64,000 bases of DNA from Lingula anatina (taxonomy: Eukaryota > Animalia > Brachiopoda): positions 16,988,001-17,052,000 of the forward strand of contig CM120641.1 of the NCBI GenBank assembly GCA_051362555.1, written 5' to 3'. Below, in pieces: positions 41,201-53,900 of the stretch. Each line of letters begins with the position of its first letter. Position 1 is the first letter of the stretch. The position numbers and the translations under genes were made by a program. A model generated the notes under the pieces. The model ran no database searches. It was given only the letters and a program-made list of their open reading frames with translations, and was not told the origin of the DNA.

Positions 41201-43022
41201 AAATGTCGCAAGCCCGTTGAAACAGGAGCTCTAGCCTTAAAAAGAAATACGAAGTATTTTATTTTTAAAAATCAGGGGTATTGTGCGTCCAATGGACTCT
41301 TTATTATAGTTCACCTAAGAATTTGAATGAAGAATATATCTGAAAATAGAAAATAGTCGAATAGTCGAGGAAGTAAATGAAAGTAAATGAATAAGATTTT
41401 CTGTTTGCAGAAAACCAACTCTTAGCGTCGGTAGTAGATTTGTTCGTAGCTGGCACGGAGACAACATCAACAACCCTGCAGTGGGCCTTGTTACTGCTCC
41501 TTGTACACGGAGACGTTCAGGAGAAGGCAGGTTTTATGAGATTAGCATAATATTTAAGGATTATTTAAGGATTGTGCTCGCACATCTTATAGGCGAGATC
41601 AAAAATGAACCTTGATTATACATACATTATGTACATGTAGATGAAATTGTCATCGTTACTCAACTGGTGCAAAAGCAATACATTCTATAAACAAAACGCC
41701 TACTTTCACTGCATATAACAGGCATCAAACGCATCAAATTAGGTATACTGTATGTTTTGAGGAAAATCTATTGGATGACGCTATTAAGATAACAGTTCTG
41801 CATGTTGACATTTTCAAAATAAAAAAAAATCGGGTTATTTAAAATTATTAAATGTTGCGATCTATGAAACGCAGGTCCACGAAGAATTGGACAGCGAAAT
41901 CGGGTCTCGCCGTATTACGCTGAGTGATCGCAGTAAGTTGCCGTACGTTCAAGCAACTTTATTGGAGATTCAGCGCTTTGCTTGTGTCACCCCAGTGGCA
42001 GTGGCCCATCGCACTTGCGAAGAGACAGAGCTGATGGTAAGAAAGTGAACTGAAAACATACAAAATAACACACAAAACATTACCTGTGGATTTTATTTTG
42101 CTTACATGAAGCGTCTTCGTTATTTTATTGCGCTGCTAACCTGTTGGCAAACGGCAACAGAGGGAAAAAAGGTCCCTTTAAGTTATAATTTCTGTTGTTC
42201 ATTCCTCGTAATTTATTTGGTATCATTATGTTGTTGGATCAAAATATGACCTACATGTACTTTTTAATCAGTATACTAGATTGGAATGACCAGATATGTG
42301 TCATGTATCTTATATTTTCAGTTTAATTTTATAGACAATGTTATTTATCGCAGTGCATTTTATTTATTTCGTCTGACAGGGTTACACTATTCCTGCCAAT
42401 TCCATGGTTTTTGCTAATCTGTTCACGATATTTCGAGACCCAACGCTGTGGAGAGACCCAGAGCTGTTTGATCCATCACGATTTATAGATGATAGTGGGG
42501 AATGTGTGAAACCGGAATATTTGATGCCGTTTTCTATTGGTAAGTTTCAAAGCTGTATGACAGACGAAAAAGTGATGAAAAAATGGACATCGATCTCTAG
42601 ACCTCAAGCAAATACACCAAATGTTGTGAACTGTGCATTTCTCTATTTGATGTGAAGGCGGTTCCTTTAACCCCTTACAAAACTGCCCTTTGAGATGCCC
42701 CCACCTTCAAACTGCCATCTGAAAATTTGTCCCCCATATGTCAGTGATATTTGTCGTCTTTTACAGAACAGAGAGTTGTCTCGTTTTAGGTTGTAAAACT
42801 GGTGAGTTTGACGGATTTCAATTGTTCTTTCTTTCAGGACGAAGAGTGTGCCTAGGTGAGTCGTTAGCAAAAATGGAGCTGTTTTTGTTTTTCGCCAACC
42901 TGTTGCAACGCTTCTCCTTCAAGGTACCTGATGGCTCAGATCCCCCAAGCACCAAGGGACATCCTGCTATAATTCGAACTCCAGTGCATTCATTCAAGTT
43001 GGAGGCTCACAGACGATGGTGA
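38294..43022 (+). CDS. Cytochrome P450, CYP2 clan, 9 exons
   Basis: Exons 38294-38389, 39109-39373, 39810-40047, 40409-40477, 40669-40895, 41411-41526, 41875-42036, 42380-42539, 42838-43022. Motifs: TM anchor, [43 protein letters not shown]. Confidence 0.95.
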
Positions 43023-44030
43023 TGTAAGGGTGGGCAAAATGAAGAGAACATTAGAGATGTCTAGTTGGAGATATATATCATTGTCTATTTATAAAATATG
43101 TATCCTTCTAGATGTGTGGATTTGAACATTTAATATTTACTGGAATATTTCATTCAACTTCCCAGTAGTCTATACAATATTGGTCAATCAGTAACATTGC
43201 TGCTTTGTTTAAATAGATTACGAATATATAGGTGAATAAAGTTAACGAGAAACTTAAACCATTTGTTTGTTTATATTAAAAAAAGGAGTTAAAGGGCAAA
43301 AACAAAGAGATGTGAGCAAAGTGAGACTTAAAATAAGCGCCTCTTAAAGATACATACAAAGTCAATTTTTTTGTCATAAAAACCAACCAAATGCCAGCAT
43401 ACAGTTTCAAGTAGTATAACTAAGAGAATTACCAAAAGGCATTGTTTAATTTTACCCGAAAGTGATGTTTGAACAGATTTTATGCTGTATGTCAATGGGG
43501 CAGAAAAGTAGGTCACGAAAGTAGGTTAAATTGACAACCAAAAATTTAAAGAAAGGAGAACTCTAAAGCTCTTTTATGGTTGATCGGGTGATTTATTCAG
43601 TTTATCCCTTGGCATGTCGAATTTATTAGAGTCGTAGAAGAAACTAATAGAAGTGGTTTACATGTGTTACTGGGAATCCGCGCTCCACCGATGCTCGGTT
43701 CGTATGTACCTTTAATATTAATTGTGAAATGAAGGCAGAAAATTGGAAAGATATTTTTACCAACTTTTCTCCAAACCCTTACGTGTCCATAAATTCTGAC
43801 AACGCTTTACCTGCATTCATCTGAGAACAGTAGTTGCCGTTTAATAGTAGAATAAAACTACCAGCTGATACCCGTCGCATCAATCATTGAACCATGATAA
43901 GAGATTAGTACACACGATTTATAGAATCTCTATAATAATAATAATAATAATTGTAAAAATGGAGCTGAGAGGGAATCAAACCCACTCAAACTCTAACCCT
44001 TGTGTGGCAGCAAAAGACACTGGACCATCA

Positions 44031-46491
44031 ATTCACTTCGTGGCAGACCTTGTACGCCCGGAACCTTCAAAAAGAGTCATCCAACGTAGAGATATCTCGA
44101 AACTTGATCCAGTAATCCTAAATGATGCGTTTAAACATGTTTTTGAGGATGCAGAACAGACCACAGATCCAAGTACCTTAGTAGATCTGTATAATACGTC
44201 TATATCCAAGATCATGGAAGATATTGCACCAATGCAGACCAGAGTCAAGTTGGTGAAACAGAGGGCTGAATGGTTTACATCTGAACTCAGCGAAGAAAGG
44301 AAAAAGATCAGGAAGCTTGAACGTCAGTGGTGCAACTCAAAATTGGAAATACACCGGGAATTATTCAAAACTGCCAGAGCTAACTATCACACCCTCCTTG
44401 AAAAGCAAAAAACTGTATACCATAGGACCTGTATTGAAGGTGCTGATCAAAGGGAACTCTTTAGGATTGTGGACAAGATTTCAGAATCTAAGTCAAGCCA
44501 GCTAAGTGTGCTTCCTGATATGGAAATGTCAACACTTCCTCAAGTTTTTGCAGATTTCTTCACAAACCGGATCAAGGATATTCGTAAGGACTTAACTCAA
44601 AATGCTACCACAGGATCCTCAGAATCAGATCCATTACCAAGTGAATTTCAAGACAGGTGTGCCAGTCAGGGTGGTGGGGCCCAACTGAGCAATTTCCTAC
44701 CGGTCTCAGAGAAGGATATTATCTCTGTTATAAAGGGGATGAATTCTAAGTTTTGTGCTCTGGATCCCATGCCAACATATATAGTGAAAGAGTGTATTAG
44801 TGTGTTATCTCCAGTTCTCTTGAGATTAGTAAATCTGTCTTTCTCAACAGGTATCTTTCCATCAAACTGCAAAACTGCAATTGTTAGACCATTACTTAAA
44901 AAGCAAGGGCTGTGTAAAAATGTCCTGAAAAACTATAGACCAATATCAAATCTACCCTTTTTAGGTAAATTTCTTGAAAAAATGGCATGTTCCCAACTAA
45001 GCAGCTATCTATCTGAAAATAAACTCTTTGGGAAATTCCAGTCTGCCTATAGAGAAGGCCACAGCACTGAGACAGCTCTACTTCGAGTCCACAACGACAT
45101 AATGCTTGCCTTGGATAAACAAAGAGATGTCATTTTAGTTCTTCTAGACCTTTCAGCGGCTTTCGATACCATAGATCATAATATTCTTCTTCACAGGTTG
45201 CAGCATCGTTTTAGAGTGAATGGACTTGCAGTTGGTTTATCTCTTACCTGAAAAACAGAACACAAAGGGTTTCAATAGAGTCGGTTTTATCTCAGCCAGT
45301 TAACTTGGAGTACGGTGTCCCACTAGGGTCTGTGTTAGGTCCGATCCTATTCTCATTATACATGTTACCTGTAGAAGATATCATACTAAAGCATGGTCTG
45401 AACACTGTTATTTTTGCAGATGACACACAAGTATATATTACATGCAAGAGCAGCCAGTCTGCAACAATCACTTCTATGGAGACTTGTCTTGCAGAGATTC
45501 GAGAATGGATGAAAGTGAACATGTTGGCTTTAAATGATAGTAAGACTGAGTTGATATGGTTTACATCAAGGTTCAAGGCAAATAGAAAAAATGTAGCAAA
45601 TGCCAACATTTGCATAGGAGATGTTCTTATAAAACCATCTAGTTCTGTAAAAGATCTGGGAGTTACCCTCGATGAAAATGGCACTATGGGCAAGCGTGTA
45701 TCTGAAGTGCGTAAATCAGCATCTTATGCACTATGGCGCATTGGAAAAATAAGGAAAGTGTTAGATAACAAAACCACTGAAAAATTAGTACATGCATTTA
45801 TATCATCAAGATTAGATTACTGCAATAGTCTCCTCTTTGGTATTTGTGACTATCAGATTAAAAAGTTACAAGTTATTCAAAACTCAGCTGCAAGACTGGT
45901 TTGTCAAATTAAGTACAATAGTACACACCATATCACTCCCATTCTGAAAGAATTACACTGGCCGCCTGTGAAGCAGAGGATTGATTTTAAAGTACTCTGT
46001 ATTATTTTTAAGGCGATCCATTCACAAGGACCATTATATTTATCTGATCTTATCTGTTTTAACTTACCACGGCGGTCCACACGTTTTAATACTGAGAATG
46101 ATTTTATTTTAGAACATTCTGTTTTAGAGAAGGGGTGCCTAAAAAGTTATGGAGATCGTGCTTTTATAATCTACGCCCCAAGAGTGTGGAATGGTCTACC
46201 AAATTTTATTAGGAAAACAGAAGACTTTGACAATTTTAAATCTCTTTTAAAGACCCACTTTTTTAATTCTGTCTATATCTCTTAGATTTTATTTTAATAT
46301 ATATATGTTTTTTTTTTAATAAGATTGATTTTTAGTAGTGTAAATTTTAAATGGTTTCCAATGAGGGTTTATGATTAAAATATTGTAGTCATTTTAATGA
46401 TTTTAGTTTATTAGCCATTATTGTAAGGCGCCTTGAGATAGAATGTAAGGCGCCATATAAGAATCTTATTATTATTATTATTATTATTATT
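44031..46491 (+). mobile_element. 5'-truncated L2/CR1-group LINE; ORF2 reverse transcriptase with one frameshift near 45230
   Basis: Motifs NYRPISNLPFLGK, FQSAYREGHSTETAL, LLDLSAAFDTIDH, GVPLGSVLGP, FADD, LVHAFISSRLDYCNSLL, FKSLLKTHFF. The 3'UTR ends in (ATT)n at about 46467-46491. Confidence 0.92.
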
Positions 46492-46833
46492 AATTCCTTC
46501 TATCTGACGTGGTGTTATTAAAAGTATATGATGCCTGACACATACATGTACCGAAGCTTTACTGGGAGCTTTACGGAAATAGCCGAAGGCTAGAAATGCC
46601 TTCAAAATACACTTTTAACAGTTATAATCAAATTCATACTAAGACCGCTATCTACCCACTGACCCTATGCTATTCTTACACCTGTTAGTTGTCGACAGTT
46701 CAAACGTGAAACGGAAACCTCGGGTGATAGATGAGTACCCTTGTTGCAATGTACATGGTTGCGGTAGGGGTGACACTTTTTCTTTGCTAGGGGAGTATAT
46801 TATATAGATGTAAATTCTTTGTTCGGAGAAATA

Positions 46834-48129
46834 GGGGAGACCGGGGCTAGTTGGACCCCGGGGTAAGTTGGCCCCCCGTCAATTTATGAAAAAGTAACTA
46901 CGAGGTAAAAAAATTGGCCACATACTCTTGTAAAGTGACCGTAGCCTACAATGCTAAGGAAGTGTCGGACGTTAAAAAGTTTTACTTAAGCGGTGAGTCG
47001 AAATAAACGATTTTTGCACCTAAAAGAAATTTTGTTTAAGAGATTTAAAAATCTATTTTTATAGGCTATTGATCGAATATAAGATATGTATAGGGCATCA
47101 AACTGAAGCTCATTGTTTCAAGTTTCACAGAGATGTATCATCGTTGCTCATTCTAGCACCATAAATGGCTACCATCCTTTAAAATAAATAATGTGCACCC
47201 GGGGTTAGTTGGCCCCCTTGACTCGGGGCAAGTTGGACCCTCATATTACCCACAAACCTTTGCGCGCAACGCTGTTTGAAATAAACAAGTTGGTGAAATT
47301 GACAAAGCTTACCGGTGTCTATTACCGTCTGATTGATTTTATTTAATTTTCTCTCTGGTGTCTTTTTGAAAATTTATATTAGAAATATTCTGTTGATTGT
47401 AAGTATTAAAAAACAAATCCATTGGACTTTCCGTAGAAAAACATTTATTTTGCCTTAATTCATTGTAAGGGGGTTCCCTTTGTATTTATAGTGTTATATG
47501 TGGCCCCAAGGGGATTTTCCACCCCTCCCTAGCTAGAGACCATTGTTGAAACAAACTCAATGGTTTAAAACTGAATATGGTACTTTCTTTTAAAAAGAAA
47601 ATTTATTATTCGTTTTCATTCATTAAAAACCTTCTTTATATCATTATTTATTTTTTCTTAATTAAAACAAAACACATTTTATTGATAGATATTTTGATTC
47701 TTGCAACACATACACCCCCCCCCCCCCCCCAACAACGTGACGTACGGAAACCTCAATAAATCTGCCTCATTTGAACTGTTTATTCATCAAAGACTCTCAA
47801 AAAATCAATTAAATAAATTAAAAATTTATAAAAATGTATTTCAAGGCGTTTACATGGGATATATACTTCATTTTCGTATAGGGGGGCCAACTTGCCCCGA
47901 CCCTGGGGCCAACTTGCCCCATGGCGGGGCAAGTTGGCCCCCCTGACGTCAACTGCGTTTTTTGTCAAATTGTGAGCCACCTGGCATTAAATTTGAAAAA
48001 TAATGACGTTGCATACGTAGCTTAGTTTATGGGGCTTACTTTGAAACCGGTTTTGTTACTCTAACCCACTCCTAGTTGGCTCTACAAGGTAAAAAGTGTC
48101 TAACTGGGCCAACTAGCCCCGGTCTCCCC
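46834..48129. mobile_element. 1.3-kb non-autonomous DNA transposon with TA flanks
   Basis: TA|GGGGAGACCGGGGCTAGTTGG...CCAACTAGCCCCGGTCTCCCC|TA. Internal copies of GGGGCAAGTTGGCCCC at about 47200-47240 and 47880-47945. Confidence 0.9.
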
Positions 48130-50567
48130 TACTCTGAGACTCTCCAACTGTATGCTATGCTGAGAAGAACACGTACAATTAATTTGTATGAGAAACAGCT
48201 GACAGCCTTTTCTCTTATCAAAAACCACGTAATCAGTTTAAAATATCCTATCAACATTTGTCTCTCCTACAGTATCTCCATTGGATGGAGAAGTGCATAG
48301 GTAGTCATTATTTCCTTTAAAAATGAACGCACGGGAGCGCGCACGCGCGCGCGAACACCCTCTATGTTTAAACTTGCTTCACGTTACGCATAGGGATGCT
48401 TACAGGCCATCGGTTGCAAGGAATGTAGATTATAAGAGCCCTCTGTAAAGTAAAATGTTGGAAGTCAGAACGAGTATTGATATTACAGAGTTAACTGAGA
48501 CTCATCCTTGACCGGTTGGGTGAAGCTTAAAACAATATCTGTTGAACGATTAGGGGATTTTATATCATCTACTAGTACATGTATAAACCTCTTTACTTTG
48601 GATTGACCTAGACAGCCGTTACAATAAGTTGCGTGTGCTGCTAAATACCGTCATGCCCTCAAAGTTTGAAATGCAGAAAGTTGCTGCATGGTAATTGTGA
48701 TAGTTATGTGTACGTAAAAATATTACTCTTTCAATATGCTGTAACGGGGTCATATTTCTTTACAGTGGAGGTATATGTATATAAAACACTTTTGTCCGAG
48801 AATAAATACCAAACACTTCTAACTACACTGTGACTAAAAAAGAATGATACACGATACTTTTGTCATATTTTTTAACATTTGATCGTTATTTCGTTCTTTG
48901 TAAGCTATGTGAATAACTCCAATGCCAAGATGACAGAACATAAAGGCAAGATCTTATACTCTAACTTTCAGTCGGTGCTTTCCTCTGAAATCACGAACTG
49001 GTAGACCCTTGGTGGGCACAACTACTATCAAATAAGTCGAATACTACAATGAATTTTATCGCACCTTTCAAAATATTTTGATTTATCAAATTTTCATTTT
49101 AATGATAATGTTTTATGTAGTGGTTTTATCAGCTTTTTGAAAAGCTATTTCTGAGAATCGAGCTTTTTAATTCTTGTTGCCAGCACAGGTATTTTTCTGC
49201 AACCCTTCCATATTTACGATTCAGGATGATGACTGTCAAAATTACTGAAAATAAAAGGAAAAATTGGCACTCCCAGAAATCCACAGTGTTCTTGTGCATG
49301 CAGATTAGATTTTAATGGCACCCTCATGACAAAAACGCACAACGGCGAAGGTGGGAGGTACTGTATATCATTTCAGCATTATGGTTGTCCGGATGAGGTC
49401 TCTCTCAACATCTGTGCATTGTGCCTTTCAAACGTTCACGAGTCCTGGGAATAGCTCTTGCCTTTTGGGGGTTTGTTTTAACAATTGTTTAAAAATATAC
49501 TTGTTGCACAACGCCATGTATCTACAACGATCCATCGTTAGTCTAAAATCGGGTTCTGCGATGCTAACATGAGGGAGGAACACACAGTGTTATTATATCC
49601 CCAGCGGCCACTCAAGACCAAGTACTGGGACCCAGTATATTTCGTCCCAGATTTATATGAGTTTTCAAGCTCTCCGCTGGAGAGTACATGTACTGTACTT
49701 CAATAACCTTTACATGCCTGGATGGTTTGGTGTGTAATAACAAAGACACATGTACAGTACAATGAGAGCAGGTTTTGAAAAAATGCATTTATGGGCATTT
49801 GTGGTTTGGTACCTGAACAAAAATGCCCTGGTCGACACGGCAACATCATTATTTAACAAAACATCCTGTCTTGGCGAATGGTGTCGTAGAATTCAGCAGA
49901 AATAAAGTTGCATTTTTAAAAAGTCCTAATAATATTAATCCTTTTAGCAGTTTTGTTCATATCACCAAGGCATACCTTTTCTAAACGACTAAATATAGGG
50001 CATAATTTGCTCGAGAATATTTCTTATTATACATGTAACATTTCAATGCCACACCACACGTACGATTACAAAAAGCACCCATTGACACAACGCTCTGATC
50101 ATGGCGCAGTCCATAAAAAAAAAAAAATAAATAAAAAAATGAAAAAAAATGTAGACGAATTGTGCTCAGGGCCATTTAATACAAGGGTGTAGTGGAATTC
50201 AGCTGAAAATGTTACAGTATGATACAATCATACATCGCAACGAAATACGGAATTACGTGCCCTCTTCAATGAAAAATTTGTGAATCAAAATGTCAATTTT
50301 AGGCAACATGGACAAAGCCCTCTTAAAAATAAGCATATTTCAAACATTTTTGTTACATCTTCTGTCATGTAGCTAATTGTGTTTGAAAAGTTATAAAACC
50401 CCATGAAGTTATCAAGTAAGCGAATTTCACAAATATCCAAAGGTGTACCAACCATTTTGAGCACCAGCGTATGACGAACAATACCTCGTAAAATAAATAG
50501 GCCCAAAACACTGCCCGAAATGTAATCTTATGCGAGCAACTTATTTTTTGTCTCATATATATATATA

Positions 50568-50803
50568 GGGGAGACCGGGGCTGGTTGGACCCCGGGGTAA
50601 GTTGCCCCCTCCCCCCATCAAGTCTCTTTAATAAAGTTAATATGCTAAATTATTTCATTTGGACTCACTGCCGACGCTTTCTTAGCACTACTGGATACGG
50701 TCACTTTATAAATGATGTGATCAATTCTTTTACCCCATAGTTACTTTGTCATAAATTGATGGGGGTCCAACTTACCCCGGGGTCCAACTAGCACCGGTCT
50801 CCG
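50568..50803. mobile_element. 236-bp MITE derivative of the 46834-48129 family
   Basis: Same TIR (GGGGAGACCGGGGCTGGTTGGACCCCGGGGTAAGTT and its complement), adjoining a (TA)n run. Confidence 0.85.
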
Positions 50804-50940
50804 TATCTTTGACGAATTTTGCCATTTACTGCAGTTTGTCCTTGTGACATACAATATACAGCGTCACGTGATAGTAACCTAGGTAATCTCGAATAGGCAC
50901 ACAGCCGGGAAGCAAGGAACGACGACACACGTACGCAGAA

Positions 50941-53900
50941 ATGAATCCCAGCTTTGAGGACGTTCCCGTGCGGTAAGATTTTATTTGAATAAGTATGGAA
51001 AGCACCTTCTAAAAGTCCCCTTTTTTCGATAAGTCTTAATATCTTAGCTCGTAGAAAACACGAGCCATGTCAATTAGAACAAATGCCTGCCATGGGAATT
51101 TTGATTAAAAAGCTGAAAGGGTCAATGAAATGTTTGGCCATATATAGCGATCAGGAGAGATTATATCTGTATTTCTGAATGCAATATAATAGTAACAGCT
51201 CCGTGCAAACTCATGGTATTGCAACACGTCGGAATTCAAATTGAAATCAAGTCTATATGCATTAAGTGGATTCTAGGATAACCCCCCGGACAATTCCCCC
51301 AGGACAATCCCCCCCGGACGACCCCCCAAGAAATATATATTTATATATAAATATGAAGTAAATAAGTGTTAAGTTCAAAACGTTTCATTCAATTTATTAA
51401 TATTTTTAGTGTGATAATGCATTAATTCATTAAACAAATTACTTTATAACAAATTCTTTGAATATTGTCAGTGTGGTGGGTAGTAGGTAGGTGGGTATAG
51501 TAGTCAAGCAATTACAAGTGACAGATAATCAAAGGGATACTAGATAAGCGGGAGAATATGTTTACTCCACCTCTCCCTAAATAGCACATTGAATCAAGGC
51601 TAACTTAATCAAGGGGGGTGGGGAGTAATGAAGCAATTAGAAGTAACAGAGTATTCATCAAAGGGTTAATTGAATCAGTGAGATGATATGTTTATCCCAC
51701 CTTTACCTGGAGATATACTTTGATCAAATTTTAATTAAATTTTCTGTACTTGTACTCCATGAAAATAAGTCATTGGTTTAATGAAATTAACATTATCTTT
51801 CCTCGAGGTGCATCTAGTCCGGTTGCTTAGGGCAAAAAAATGGCCAAATCGTGACACAGCGGATAAAAGCACCAAATTTTGCATGTGGGTACCTTTTGAC
51901 ATACTAAATCAAATTAGAGCCGTAGCCCACGGAAAAAAATTACCGTTTGGCCAAAAAATCCAAAATGGCCGCCAATTTTTGAAATTTTGTAGAAATACAT
52001 ACATATCTATGTTGATTTTTACCAAATTAAGTATTTTCTCAATGTTTTTCACATCCTTATTACCCATATTATGCATATGTGTCAGATAACAAACTAGTGT
52101 CCTTGGACTTATTGAAAAATCCAAGATGGCCGCCGTGTGGCATAGGAATACTAGAACATGTACAAGGGTTTTCAACTAACTAATGCCAACTAGGAAGATG
52201 CATTGCCCACTATCTAATTAATTTTGTTTCTTATTACACAAATAATATGAGTAGCTAACCTTTATTCACAGGCAATTCGAGAAAAATCCAAGATGACCCC
52301 CATATCAAAGGAATACTAGTATTCACGTAGGGTTCTTCTGCCATGGAAATATAATATTAATTGATAAATTAGGTTTGTTTCTGAGTATTTTCCACGTCTT
52401 TTTAATTCACATAATACATATGTGATGAGAATGTTATGTATATCCTTTTTGAAAACAAAACAAAACAAAATGGCTGCCGTTAGTCATAGAAGGTGGGGTT
52501 CAGTTAATACAGTACCTGCGAGAGATAGGCTTACAAATAAAATGAAGCTGAATTCAGTTGTTTTTCTGTTTTTTTTTTTAGTATTGTTATCCCATGATAC
52601 ATATCTGTTATGTAATTAATGTCCATATTTTATCATTTTGGGGAAATCCAAGGGGGCCGTAGCGATAGTCCGAAGGTTCAATAGTCCGACGGTCCATTGG
52701 TCCGAATGTTCACTATAGAACCTTCAGACCAATGAACCCTTGATTAAAAAAGCGATGAAAACGTTACCACTTTTCGTACCAATGAACCTTCGGACTATCG
52801 AGACACCCCCAAATCCAAGATAGCCTTCTTTTCCCCATAGGAAAACTGGTGCATTAGATTTTATAGGCACTTCTACGGCAAATGAGGGTAATCATGATGT
52901 TTTTTCAAAATACTTAAGGGTATACACTTGTTACCCACCAGATAGATATCTAAAAGTCCAAAAAGAATGTGTGAAATACCGAGAAACAAAATTCATTTTA
53001 TATTGAACCCAATGTCTCTCTGGCAGTAGTTGACTGTACTATTCCTATTGTGAATTGCAGCAATCTTGAATTTTCTCAAATACGCAAGATGCACACTTGC
53101 TACACACCAGATTTATAAAGAGTAAGGTTAATAAGGATGTCAACATGTTTAAACATCAAAGGCTTTATTTCATGTTGGAATCAATGTCTGAACTGTTCTA
53201 TTAATTGACACCTATGTGCATTTGAATGATATATTCCTATGACAACTGGCAGCTATCTTGGGTTTTCTCCGAATAATACTCAAGGATACATACACTTTCA
53301 AAACACACAGAGTCTTTCATAAGGATAAATAGGATATGAAAAACATTTAAAAACGACCCAAAGTTAACTACATTTAAATCGCACTCATTGTATCTCTAGC
53401 ATAATTTGATTATGTGTTCGAATATTCTAATGACAAAAGGCAGACATCTTGAATTTTTTCAGAATAACCAAAGATACACACATGCTACAGACCAGGTATA
53501 CATCATAGGGGTAATAATAAATGGAATGAAAAACATAAATTATTTTTAAAACAAACCCATGGAGATGTAATTGTATAATGAACCATATGCCTCTCTAGCA
53601 GCAATTGAAACCCACCCATTAGTATTCCTATGTTAAATTGTAGGTATCTTTTTCTCAGAATATCCAAAGATGCACACTATTTACCCACCAGATATATATC
53701 ATAGGACTAATAAGGATGGGCAAAACTTGATAAGCAAACACAAATTCACCCTGGTAGTAGATGAAAAGCCATGGATGTGCAGTTGTTATTCCAGTAGTAT
53801 TCCTATGGCCAGTGACGGCCATCTTGGGTTTTCTCAAAATGATCAAATATGCACATTTATTACCTGCTAGATATGTATCACAGTGTAATAATAATGTGTA

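Noticed and set aside
43887-44030. N-terminus of the 454-aa ORF as a host-gene fusion
   Set aside because: It starts at TTG and runs through an (AAT)n microsatellite and an inverted tRNA-like relic, so it is a chance open frame.
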